A DNA stretch of 64,000 nucleotides from Christensenella sp. UBA7588. Lineage in GTDB: Bacteria; Bacillota; Clostridia; Christensenellales; CAG-917. The notes beneath the pieces were generated by a model that was not told the DNA's origin, ran no database searches, and was given only the letters and a program-made list of their open reading frames with translations. The position numbers and the translations under genes were made by a program. Location of the stretch: the NCBI GenBank assembly GCA_002478945.1, contig DLKM01000001.1, positions 81,385 through 145,384 on the forward strand, written 5' to 3'. Positions 55,101 to 63,401 of the stretch are shown here, in pieces; positions within the stretch are counted from its first letter, which is position 1; each line of letters opens with the position of its first letter.

Positions 55101-56603
55101 ATCGGTCACGATATAGTACGTTTCGTCGAGACCTACGCCGTTTTTGAGATTCGTTTCTATCGTAGACGCTTTTGTGCCTCTTGCGTAAACGTAACTCGAA
55201 TTATTGAAATATCTATCCAACAAATCGCTGCCTTTTATGGAACAAAGATGCATCTCGTTGTCAAACGGGAAAAGCGATTGTATTTGTCGTATGGTAACGT
55301 TTCCCGACGGCAGATTATACGGGTCTCTCGGCTTCAGATAACCGCCTGCAAGCACTATATCGTACTCGTCTCCCCACGTTTTCTGACCTTTCAGCAAATA
55401 CACCTTTGCCATCAAAGTGCGCAACGCGTCGTAGTTGCGATAAGAACCGTTGTATCCGACCACCGTGTCGGGATAACCGATTTCGCTTCTGTATTTATTT
55501 ACGAGGTCGTTGATAATCGAATCGCTTTCGGCAGTTGAATATTCGTAATTGCTCACGACGTTTGCCGTAGTCGATTTGTTGCCGTTTGCGAAGTTTACGG
55601 TCACGCCTGCGTGCGAAATTGCGTCGTTATAGCCGCCTGCCTGAATATGTTTTACGCCGTATGTGTCCACAAGAACGTAGGATTGATGCGTATGTCCTTC
55701 AAACACCACGTCGACGTATCCGTTGGATAGCGAGGCGTCGTACCACGTCAAGTCCTTGTCTTGTACGGAGCGCATAGAGGACGTGCTTTCGCCGTATCCG
55801 TCGTGAATCGACAACACGATATAGTCCGCGCCTTGTTTTTTAAGTTTTGCAGACTCTGCTTTGATAAGTGCCGTGAGTTGACTGCCCGTTTTGAAGAACA
55901 CGTCTTGGCACATACTCGAAGATATGGAGGAATAGCAGTCTCCGATTGCTCCGATAATGCCTATTTTCGCTCCGCCTTTCTTTACGATTATCGAGGGTTG
56001 ACAATAAGGTGCGATTCTGTTGGTAGCCCTCTCGTATACGTTGATTGCAAGGAATGGGAAATTAGCAAGTTGCGCGTTGGTCTTGATTTTGTCCGTTTTC
56101 CAGTCAAACTCGTGATTGCCCAGCGTCATTGCGGCGCAATCGATATAGTTCAGCCATTCGGTTGCGAGCTTGCCTTTCGTGTTGTTGGACTCGGAACTGC
56201 CCTGCCACATATCTCCCGAAGAAAGCACCACGGTATGACCGCTCTCCTGCTTGTTTTTGAGATAGGTGGTAAGCTCGTCTACGCCGGGTTGCGTGGACGT
56301 ATCCGCGTACATACCGTGCAAATCGTTCATTGCGTAAAAATCGACTTGGACGACGACGTTTTGGGTACACTTGTCGCACAATCCGTCATTGTCGTCGTCG
56401 ATATGAACGCAATATCCGTCCATATCCCTATAGCATTTGTCGCAGACTTTATCGCCGTTTGCGTCGATATGCATACATACGCCGTCGAAGTCAGTCGTAC
56501 CGCCGCCGGTCTGACCTCCGCCGTTAAGATTGCACGCAACGAGCGTGGCAACGCACGCCGCAATAAGCAATATAACCGCTAATATCGAAATCTTTTTTCT
56601 CAT
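52173..56603 (-). CDS. Giant lipoprotein with two metallophosphoesterase/5'-nucleotidase modules, about 20 Cys/Asp-rich repeats and a C-terminal OB-fold-like domain
   Basis: Lipobox LIAACVATLVAC. Two paralogous modules, each with NDLHG...GDMWQGS...GNHEFD...GHTH motifs. Repeats follow the pattern C-x-H-[VI]-D-x-[DN]-x-[DN]-G-x-C-D-x-C. The C-terminus reads IIIVGKIKSISNTTYGNCYIEDDEGNQLFVYGIYD. Confidence 0.8.
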   Translation of the reverse strand: MRKKISILAVILLIAACVATLVACNLNGGGQTGGGTTDFDGVCMHIDANGDKVCDKCYRDMDGYCVHIDDDNDGLCDKCTQNVVVQVDFYAMNDLHGMYADTSTQPGVDELTTYLKNKQESGHTVVLSSGDMWQGSSESNNTKGKLATEWLNYIDCAAMTLGNHEFDWKTDKIKTNAQLANFPFLAINVYERATNRIAPYCQPSIIVKKGGAKIGIIGAIGDCYSSISSSMCQDVFFKTGSQLTALIKAESAKLKKQGADYIVLSIHDGYGESTSSMRSVQDKDLTWYDASLSNGYVDVVFEGHTHQSYVLVDTYGVKHIQAGGYNDAISHAGVTVNFANGNKSTTANVVSNYEYSTAESDSIINDLVNKYRSEIGYPDTVVGYNGSYRNYDALRTLMAKVYLLKGQKTWGDEYDIVLAGGYLKPRDPYNLPSGNVTIRQIQSLFPFDNEMHLCSIKGSDLLDRYFNNSSYVYARGTKASTIETNLKNGVGLDETYYIVTDSYNTDYAANRLTVVKTLGTTAYPRDCFIEYIQAGKDGFKALDCTHIDANTDGKCDKCGKTIGECSHVDADKNGVCDKCGATVEVVCDKHIDEDGNGVCDECGKTFVCANHVDNDGDYKCDECSAHIHADANTDGKCDDCNEKYTDCSHVDADTNGVCDKCGETVGECSHVDADKNGECDKCGATVEVVCDKHIDEDGNGVCDECGKTFVCANHVDNNGDYKCDECSAHIHADADTDGKCDDCNEKYTDCSHVDDDTNGVCDKCGETIGECSHVDEDKNGECDKCGATVEVVCDKHIDEDGNGVCDNCSVTFVCAHADANNDDICDECRRNLIVVFTFFAINDLHGMYADTSTQPGVDELTTYLLNAQNSGYSLVLSSGDMWQGSTESNNTKGKLATEWLNYVNCTSMTLGNHEFDWKTDKIKSNAQLANFPFLAINVYDNSTNQRVSYCQPSTVVTMGGIKIGIIGAIGDCYSSISASMCSDVNFKTGSALTALVKAEATRLRNEEGVNYIIYSIHDGYSGSSSSLQDISDSAMSDWYDASLSNGYVDVVFEGHTHCSYTLKDSYGVYHAQGGGYNDGISQATLSYNILTGQKVTTVSIIANSVYKTEQSDDIINRLIEKYADEIGDPNEVVGYNDTYRDSSALTAAMAKAYLMKGQSVWGADYDIVLAGGYLNVRDPYCLPVGNVTVGQIQTLFPFDNEMQLCSIKGSDLLSRYFNNSSYVYARGTNASTIEANLRSGSGLNDTYYIVTDSYNSDYTKNNLTVVKTLGTTAYPRDCIIEYIKAGNFGTQCSGHVDADSDGICDKCSKSFTCANHVDTDGDYKCDKCSAHIHADANSDGKCDDCGAAVSNHTCADADGDYKCDECSEYMPNVYTVSKALALASTLGSGESTESIIIVGKIKSISNTTYGNCYIEDDEGNQLFVYGIYDESGSKYNALSYQPQVGDTIVMYGSILYYNGTTLELNKGVLKWCSGNA
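54150..54980. repeat. In-gene tandem repeat, period 309 bp (103 aa), about 2.7 copies
   Basis: The anchor string cgcaaacgccgttgccgtcctcgtcgatatg recurs at 54188, 54497 and 54806, exactly 309 bp apart. The encoded units are nearly identical. Confidence 0.85.
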
Positions 56604-56876
56604 ATTCGCACCGAGTCCGCGTATGCGCGGACGAAATTTATTTATGTGTTTATATAATAATTATAATAATACTACCTTATATTTTCCACCCGAAACGGCG
56701 TTTTGTCAATATTTTGTGTCAAATTGGTCCTTGCGCTCCTTTTCCAAATAAAACCAAAAGCCCGACGTTCAGGGGGTGTCGGGCTTTCGGTAAACAAAAA
56801 TAAGGGGGTAAAAATGTGCGTTGTTTGCTCAAGCAATCGCTTTGGCAGACAACGATACGAAACCGTCTTTTAACGT

Positions 56877-56993
56877 TCAGGACGCTTTGCGCATCATACT
56901 GATGCGCACGAATACGATTTTTCCGTCCTTCGTTGCGATTTGTGAATTGTTGACTCCTGCTTTGTCGTTGATATGCGTCATATAGATTTTCAT
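56877..56993 (-). CDS. Possible small protein (38 aa), unknown
   Basis: ATG 56993 is preceded by AGGAGAAAGAA. Sequence MKIYMTHINDKAGVNNSQIATKDGKIVFVRISMMRKAS. A hairpin (AAAGCCCGAC...GTCGGGCTTT) lies downstream. No homology recognised. Confidence 0.3.
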   Translation of the reverse strand: MKIYMTHINDKAGVNNSQIATKDGKIVFVRISMMRKAS

Positions 56994-57100
56994 TTCTTTC
57001 TCCTGTGCGATTATTTGGGATTTTCCCTTGCTTGCAAGAATATAATATGATATAATGTGTACCAAAAACGGGACATATAAAAAGTTTTTACGGAGGTTTT

Positions 57101-58081
57101 ATGGCTCTCGAATCGAAAAAGACTCTGATATTCCGCATATATCAGATTTTGGAAGAATACAGCGATTTCGAACATCCGCTCACGCATCAGGAAATAATTG
57201 ACAGGCTCGAGCGCGATTACGGAATAGAGTGCGAGCGCAAAGCCGTCGGTCGCAACCTCGCTTGCCTGAAAGAAATGGGGTTCGACATCGAAAGCGGAAA
57301 AGAAGGCTCGTATCTTGCCACGAGAAAGCTCGAAAATGCAGAGTTAAGATTGCTTATCGACAGCGTTTTGGCGTCGAGGAACGTCAACCCCACGCATTCC
57401 AAGCAGCTTATCGACAAACTCATCGGAATAGGCGGACACTACTTCAAAAGTCACGTCAAACACGTTTATTCGGTCAAAGATTGGGGAAAATCCGACAATA
57501 AAGACTTCTTTTACAACATAGACGTAATCGACGAGGCAATCGAGCAAGGCAGAAAAATTCGCTTCGACTACAACAAAGTCGGTCTTGACAAAAAACTTCA
57601 TCCGTCCTTGCAACATACGGGTTCGCCGTATCAGATGCTGTTGCACAATCAACGCTACTATCTGATGATGTACGACGAATATTTCGAGCAAGTGGGCTAT
57701 TACAGACTGGACAAAATAACCAACATAACCATACTCGAAGATTCGGCAAAACCGCTCCGCGAAAACAAAGGCTTCGAAAGAGGCATCGACTACAAGGAAA
57801 TATCCACGTCTCTGCCGTATATGTACAACGACAAGCCCGTTATGGTTACGATAAAATGCCGCAATTATCTGATGGACACTTTGAGCGACTGGTTCGGCAC
57901 GGACTTTGCCGTGCGCAGAATCGACGACGAGCATTTTGCCGCAACTATAAAAGCAAGCGAAAAAGCGATGCTCTACTGGGTTTTGCAATACAACTACAAA
58001 GTTGAAGTTCTCTCTCCCGAATCGCTACGACAAAAGGTCGTCGAGAGTTTGCAAAAAACTTTAAGCAAGTATCAAGCGTAA
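57101..58081 (+). CDS. WYL-domain transcriptional regulator (N-terminal wHTH)
   Basis: N-terminal wHTH-like IFRIYQILEEYSDFEHPLTHQEIIDRL. Central GRKIRFDYNKVG...YQMLLHNQRYYLMMYDEYFEQVGYYRLDKI (WYL-type). Confidence 0.75.
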   Translation: MALESKKTLIFRIYQILEEYSDFEHPLTHQEIIDRLERDYGIECERKAVGRNLACLKEMGFDIESGKEGSYLATRKLENAELRLLIDSVLASRNVNPTHSKQLIDKLIGIGGHYFKSHVKHVYSVKDWGKSDNKDFFYNIDVIDEAIEQGRKIRFDYNKVGLDKKLHPSLQHTGSPYQMLLHNQRYYLMMYDEYFEQVGYYRLDKITNITILEDSAKPLRENKGFERGIDYKEISTSLPYMYNDKPVMVTIKCRNYLMDTLSDWFGTDFAVRRIDDEHFAATIKASEKAMLYWVLQYNYKVEVLSPESLRQKVVESLQKTLSKYQA

Positions 58082-58087
58082 AAAATA

Positions 58088-58116
58088 TTGACACTTTTCC
58101 CTCGTTATGGTACTAT
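58088..58116 (+). promoter_or_regulatory. Sigma-A promoter (extended -10) of the ATPase leader
   Basis: TTGACA (58088-58093), a 17-nt spacer ending in TGg, then TACTAT (58111-58116). Confidence 0.6.
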
Positions 58117-58118
58117 AC

Positions 58119-58247
58119 GAGTGCGTAAGGGAGTAATCGGCACCTACGGTGTAATAAAATCGCTAACACGAGCAACGCGCTCCGGTTTTATTTTGAACGA
58201 TGAGACTTATCCGTCAAGGATAAGTCTTTTTTTTTCGACTTACGCAC
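58119..58247 (+). promoter_or_regulatory. Structured 5' leader (candidate riboswitch/attenuator) of the P-type ATPase gene
   Basis: GAGUGCGU (58119-58126) can pair with ACGCGCUC (58175-58182). Alternatively, GUGCGUAAG (58121-58129) is perfectly complementary to CUUACGCAC (58239-58247) just before the RBS. An intrinsic terminator lies between the two partners. Confidence 0.45.
58203..58235 (+). terminator. Intrinsic terminator inside the ATPase leader
   Basis: AGACUUAUCC / GGAUAAGUCU 10-bp stem, 5-nt loop, then U9. Confidence 0.75.
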
Positions 58248-58270
58248 ATAGAATACAACAAGGAGTATTT

Positions 58271-60964
58271 ATGAAAGAGTATCTACAACGAATCGACGAC
58301 GTTTTCGGACAAGTCAAATCCTCTCAAAACGGTCTGACGAATGAAGAAGCGGACGAAAGGCTGCTATCTCAAGGCAAGAACAAACTTGCCGAAGGCAAAA
58401 AAGAGCCGATGATTTTGCGTTTTCTCAAGCAATTCATAGAGCCGATGACGCTCATACTCATCGTTGCCGCCATTATCTCGGCGGTTATGTCGGGACTCAA
58501 TAAAGAATTTCCCACCGACGTAATCATCATTATGTCCGTGGTAATTATCAACGCATTGCTCGGCGTATTGCAGGAAAGCAAAGCCGAAAAAGCCATCGAC
58601 GCTCTGCAAAAAATTGCCGCCGCCACTTCCAAAGTTATCAGAAACGGTCGCATCGAAGTGATAAAGAGCGAGGATTTGGTCGTAGGAGACGTAATCGTTC
58701 TCGAAGCGGGAGACAGCGTACCTGCCGACGCTCGAATAATCGAGTGCGCAAGTATGAAAGTGGAAGAAGCCGCTCTCACGGGCGAATCCGTTCCCGTACT
58801 CAAAACTTCGGACGTCATAGATTGCCAAAACGGCGCGGACGTGCCTCTCGGCGACAGAAAAAATATGGCGTTTATGGGCAGTACCGTCGTATACGGCAGA
58901 GGCAAAGCCGTTGTCGTCGCAACGGGTATGAACACCGAGATGGGCAAGATTGCAGACGCTTTGCAAACCGCAAAAGAAGGAAAAACTCCCCTTCAACAAA
59001 AGCTCTCGCAACTCAGCAAGGTCCTTACCTATATGGTTATCGGCATCTGCGTGGTTATATTTGCGATAAGCCTTATCAGAGCGGCGGTTGACGGCACCAT
59101 TAAAACGGACACGGCAGGCACCATTCTCAACACGTTTATGATTGCGGTATCGCTTGCCGTTGCGGCAATTCCCGAAGGTCTTGCCACGGTCGTTACAATC
59201 GTGCTTTCAATCGGCGTGACGAATATGTCCAAACGCAATGCGATTATCCGCAAACTTACCGCCGTCGAAACTTTGGGTTGCACGCAGATTATCTGCTCGG
59301 ACAAGACGGGTACGCTCACTCAAAACAAGATGACCGTCGTCGAACATTACGCAACGGACGAAAAATTGCTTGCCGACGCAATGTCGCTTTGCTCCGACGC
59401 GGAATACGACGAAGAAAAAGGCGAAGCGACGGGCGAACCCACCGAATGCGCTTTGGTAAATTACGCTTACACTCTCGGACTTGACAAAAACGAGAGAAAA
59501 ACGGCTATGCCGAGAGTCGCGGAAATTCCCTTCGATTCTATGCGCAAAATGATGACCACCGTCCATAAAGACGAAAGCGGCAACATCGTGCAATACACCA
59601 AAGGTGCGCCCGACGAAATCGTCAAACGCTGCGCTTATACTCTCGTAGACGGACAAGCGGTGGAAATGACCGACGAAAGACGTGAGGAAATTCTTTCTCA
59701 AAACAAAGCGATGGCAGACAAAGCGCTCAGAGTGCTTGCGGTCGCTCAAAAGTCTCTCGACAACGTACCTGCCGACTGTCAATCCGACGAAATGGAAAAA
59801 GATATGTGCTTTATCGGTCTCGTCGGTATGATAGACCCCGTCCGCCCCGAAGTTTTGCCCGCAATCGAAGAATGCCGCAAAGCAGGCATACGCCCCGTAA
59901 TGATAACGGGCGACCACAAAGACACCGCCGTCGCAATCGCGATGCAACTGGGAATAATTACCGACCCCTCGCAAGCGATTACGGGCGCGGAACTTGACAA
60001 GATAAGCGACGAGGACTTTGCAAACGACGTAGAAAAATACTCCGTATACGCAAGAGTTCAGCCCGAACACAAGACGAGAATCGTCAATGCGTGGCGTGCA
60101 AAAGGCTATATCACGGCTATGACGGGAGACGGCGTAAACGACGCTCCGTCCATAAAGAACGCGGACATCGGCGTAGGTATGGGCATCACGGGTACGGACG
60201 TTACGAAAAACGTTGCGGATATGATTCTCGCAGACGACAACTTTGCGACAATCGTGGCGGCGGCAGGAGAAGGCAGACGTATATACGACAATATCCGCAA
60301 ATCCATTCAATTCCTGCTTGCTTCCAACCTGTCCGAAGTGTTGTCGATATTTATGGCAACGCTAATCGGATTCACGATATTCAAGCCTGCGCATTTGCTT
60401 TGGATAAACCTTATAACGGACTGCTTCCCCGCACTCTCGCTGGGTATGGAATCCGCCGAAAAAGATATTATGAATCGTCCGCCGAGAAACTCCAAAGACG
60501 GCATCTTTGCAAACGGTATGGGCGCGGCAATAGCGTATCAGGGCGTGTTCCTTACTGCAATCACGCTTGCGTCCTACTTTATCGGCAGAGACGTTATCGC
60601 ACAAATGCCTCAACACGCAAACGCCGCCTATACGGCTGCCGACGTCGGCTCGTCAATGGCGTTTTTGACGCTGTCTATGGCAGAGATATTCCACGCGTTC
60701 AATATGCGCTCTCTGCACGGCTCGATATTTGCGATAAAGAAACAAAACTGGTGGCTGTGGGGCGCAGGAGCAATCTCTCTTGCTCTTACGACTATCGTCG
60801 TAGAAGTTCCCTTCCTTGCCAACGCTTTCGAGCTTGCCAAACTCGACGCCGCAGAATACGGCATCGCGCTCGGTCTTGCGGTTACGGTTATTCCGCTCGT
60901 CGAAAATGTCAAAGCAATCGCAAGAGCTGTCAGAAAGAAGAAAGGCATACGCCTTGCGGCATAA
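58271..60964 (+). CDS. P-type cation-transporting ATPase, Ca2+ (PMCA/SERCA-like, type IIA) class
   Basis: Start moved to ATG 58271 (MKEYLQRIDDVF...), preceded by AGGAG. Motifs ICSDKTGTLT, MITGDHKDTA, TGDGVNDAPS, and the N-terminal cation-ATPase segment GLTNEEADERL. Confidence 0.9.
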   Translation: MKEYLQRIDDVFGQVKSSQNGLTNEEADERLLSQGKNKLAEGKKEPMILRFLKQFIEPMTLILIVAAIISAVMSGLNKEFPTDVIIIMSVVIINALLGVLQESKAEKAIDALQKIAAATSKVIRNGRIEVIKSEDLVVGDVIVLEAGDSVPADARIIECASMKVEEAALTGESVPVLKTSDVIDCQNGADVPLGDRKNMAFMGSTVVYGRGKAVVVATGMNTEMGKIADALQTAKEGKTPLQQKLSQLSKVLTYMVIGICVVIFAISLIRAAVDGTIKTDTAGTILNTFMIAVSLAVAAIPEGLATVVTIVLSIGVTNMSKRNAIIRKLTAVETLGCTQIICSDKTGTLTQNKMTVVEHYATDEKLLADAMSLCSDAEYDEEKGEATGEPTECALVNYAYTLGLDKNERKTAMPRVAEIPFDSMRKMMTTVHKDESGNIVQYTKGAPDEIVKRCAYTLVDGQAVEMTDERREEILSQNKAMADKALRVLAVAQKSLDNVPADCQSDEMEKDMCFIGLVGMIDPVRPEVLPAIEECRKAGIRPVMITGDHKDTAVAIAMQLGIITDPSQAITGAELDKISDEDFANDVEKYSVYARVQPEHKTRIVNAWRAKGYITAMTGDGVNDAPSIKNADIGVGMGITGTDVTKNVADMILADDNFATIVAAAGEGRRIYDNIRKSIQFLLASNLSEVLSIFMATLIGFTIFKPAHLLWINLITDCFPALSLGMESAEKDIMNRPPRNSKDGIFANGMGAAIAYQGVFLTAITLASYFIGRDVIAQMPQHANAAYTAADVGSSMAFLTLSMAEIFHAFNMRSLHGSIFAIKKQNWWLWGAGAISLALTTIVVEVPFLANAFELAKLDAAEYGIALGLAVTVIPLVENVKAIARAVRKKKGIRLAA

Positions 60965-61093
60965 CAAAAGTTATCCGCCGTCGAATACGATTCGGCGGCG
61001 GATTTTTTATGCTTTGTCGATGCAAAAAACAGTTTTCAATTTGAATAATCGGGTATATTATATTACATATAGCATTTGAAACAGGAGCAATTT

Positions 61094-62380
61094 ATGGATA
61101 AATATGCAATCGTAAACGCCAACGTTATAACGGGCAAACTCGACGAGGACGTTCAAAAAGGCAAAGCCGTAATCGTAGAAAACGGCAAAATCGTCGATAT
61201 TACGGACGATAATGCAAAACTCGCAGGATTGAAAACCGTTGACCTCAACGGCAAATACTTGTTGCCGGGTCTTATCAATATGCACGTACACCTCCCCGGC
61301 GGAGGTATGCCCAAAGATACCAAAAAGCAAAATAAAGAGACCGTTCGCAAACTTATGAGCCACAAACTCACCAAGTATATCGTCTACAAACTTTGCGCAG
61401 GTTACGCCAAGACGGAACTTATGTCGGGCGTTACCACGATTCGCACGGTTGGCGGTCTCGACGACATCGACTCCACGATAAGAGACAAAGGCGCGCAAGG
61501 CAAAATCAAAGCACCTCGCATTCTTGCGTCCAATATGGCAGTTTCCGTAAAAGACGGACATATGGCAGGGCTTTTGGCATACGAGGCAAAAGACGCAAAA
61601 GACGGCGTTCGTCTCGTCGACGAGATTGCAAAGACAAAACCCGACCTCATCAAACTGATGATAACGGGCGGTATTCTCGACGCAAAGAAAGAAGGCGAAC
61701 CGGGCGTATTGCGTATGTCCCCCGACATCGTCAAAGCGTGCTGCGACGAGGCGCACAAGTTGGGCTTTAAGGTTGCGGCGCACGTCGAAAGTCCGCAAGG
61801 CGTTACCGTTGCTCTCGAAGGCGGCGTGGACACTATCGAACACGGCGGCACGGTTACGGAACACGAGATAGAGTTGTTCAAGAAAAACGGCTCCGCGCAC
61901 ATTCTTACAATCTCCCCCGTCATTCCTCTGTGCTTTTTCGACCTTGCGAAATCGGGCGGTACGAAACTCCACAAAATCAACAGCGAAGTGGTGTTCGAGG
62001 GTATGTTGCAATGCGCAAAAACCTGCCTTGAAAACGGCATTCCCGTCGGTCTCGGCACGGACACGGCTTGTCCGTTCGTAACCCATTACGATATGTGGAG
62101 AGAGTTGGTATATTTCCACAAATATCTCGGCGCAAGCAACGCAATGGCAATATACACCGCAACTCTCGGCAATGCGAAAATCGCTCGAATCGACGATATT
62201 ACCGGCAGCGTAGAAGTCGGAAAATCCGCAGACTTTATGGTTGTGGAAAACAATCCTCTTGAAAACCTCGAAGCGTTGAGAAACCCCAAAATGGTGGTTT
62301 TGAGAGGCAAAATCATCAACAACCCCAAAGTCAAAAAATACGCTTACGTCGAAGAAGAACTCGACAAGCATTTGCATTGA
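61094..62380 (+). CDS. Amidohydrolase-family metallohydrolase
   Basis: Start at ATG 61094 with AGGAG 6 nt upstream. LLPGLINMHVHL (HxH), AAHVES, TIEHG and GLGTD blocks. Confidence 0.8.
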   Translation: MDKYAIVNANVITGKLDEDVQKGKAVIVENGKIVDITDDNAKLAGLKTVDLNGKYLLPGLINMHVHLPGGGMPKDTKKQNKETVRKLMSHKLTKYIVYKLCAGYAKTELMSGVTTIRTVGGLDDIDSTIRDKGAQGKIKAPRILASNMAVSVKDGHMAGLLAYEAKDAKDGVRLVDEIAKTKPDLIKLMITGGILDAKKEGEPGVLRMSPDIVKACCDEAHKLGFKVAAHVESPQGVTVALEGGVDTIEHGGTVTEHEIELFKKNGSAHILTISPVIPLCFFDLAKSGGTKLHKINSEVVFEGMLQCAKTCLENGIPVGLGTDTACPFVTHYDMWRELVYFHKYLGASNAMAIYTATLGNAKIARIDDITGSVEVGKSADFMVVENNPLENLEALRNPKMVVLRGKIINNPKVKKYAYVEEELDKHLH

Positions 62381-62496
62381 CAAATTAGATTTTAGCGTAT
62401 ACGAAAAGCGTCCCGAAAGGACGCTTTTTTGTTTGAAAAACATACTATCGTTCATTTTTACGCCGCGCTCGACATACGTTTATACGAGGTGGTGTT

Positions 62497-63243
62497 ATGG
62501 ACAGCAAAAAAGAAATTATAGTCCTCTCGGGAGGCGGACACAAAGGGTTGGTCAAAATTCAAAACGTCGTTGGCAAGGACAATTACATAAAAGGAAGTTG
62601 CAATCTCGACTTCAGACCGAACAACGCAACGCTATATCTTGTGAGCGATAATATTGCGAAAATCAAACTTAACGATACGAATACGACGTTTGAAGTGCCG
62701 TTTCGCGCGGCAGAAGAACGCTGTTGCGTGGTGCGTTCGAGTTCGGTAACGATGTTCGGAGGAGGAATGCAAAAAAGCAAAGCTCTTGCCAAAATCGACG
62801 AATACAACAAACAAAGCGTGCAGGTAGCAAGCAGTCGCAAAGCCGCAGAGCAAAAAACGGACGCGGTAAAAAAAGAAGAAATGACCATCGACGACGTTTT
62901 GTCGGCAAGCGAATGGACCAAATACGACGGCAACAATTTTTACTTCGCCGTCAAGCCTCAACTCGACGAAATGTTCGTCTGTTATCCCGAAGAAAAAACG
63001 CTTTGCGACGCCGTTCCCAACTCCAAATGGGTGCGAGTCGATACTGCCGACGGTTATTACGTCGTGGGCGTTTTGTTCAACGACGACACGCCCTCGTTTA
63101 TCTGTTACGGCGTTCCGTCGGAGAGCAAAACTCAACCCCCGAAAGAACTTCAAAACGCTTGCGTATGGCTCCCGACGGAAAACGGAGAGCGCGGATACTG
63201 GCTGATATATCAATCGGCGCGCAACGGCGAAATCGTAAAATAA
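62497..63243 (+). CDS. Hypothetical protein
   Basis: The 248-aa ORF has a GAGGTGG RBS and core-like composition. No motif recognised. Confidence 0.6.
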   Translation: MDSKKEIIVLSGGGHKGLVKIQNVVGKDNYIKGSCNLDFRPNNATLYLVSDNIAKIKLNDTNTTFEVPFRAAEERCCVVRSSSVTMFGGGMQKSKALAKIDEYNKQSVQVASSRKAAEQKTDAVKKEEMTIDDVLSASEWTKYDGNNFYFAVKPQLDEMFVCYPEEKTLCDAVPNSKWVRVDTADGYYVVGVLFNDDTPSFICYGVPSESKTQPPKELQNACVWLPTENGERGYWLIYQSARNGEIVK

Positions 63244-63401
63244 CAAACGCTTTTACCGCTCGCAAACGTAAAGGCGCAACACTTTGCGCTTTTACGAAAA
63301 AAACGAATGCGGACGAAACTTTCGTTTCGTCCGCTCTTTGTCGTTTGTACGCACCCACACTTCCTCGACGAGGAGTATGGTTATAAACGGTGCTTGTTTA
63401 A

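Noticed and set aside
58119-58182. Calling the ATPase leader a yybP-ykoY (Mn2+) riboswitch.
   Set aside because: Only one short element (GGGAGUA) resembles the consensus. The closed domain is about 64 nt, too small for the four-helix architecture. It is kept as an unclassified leader.
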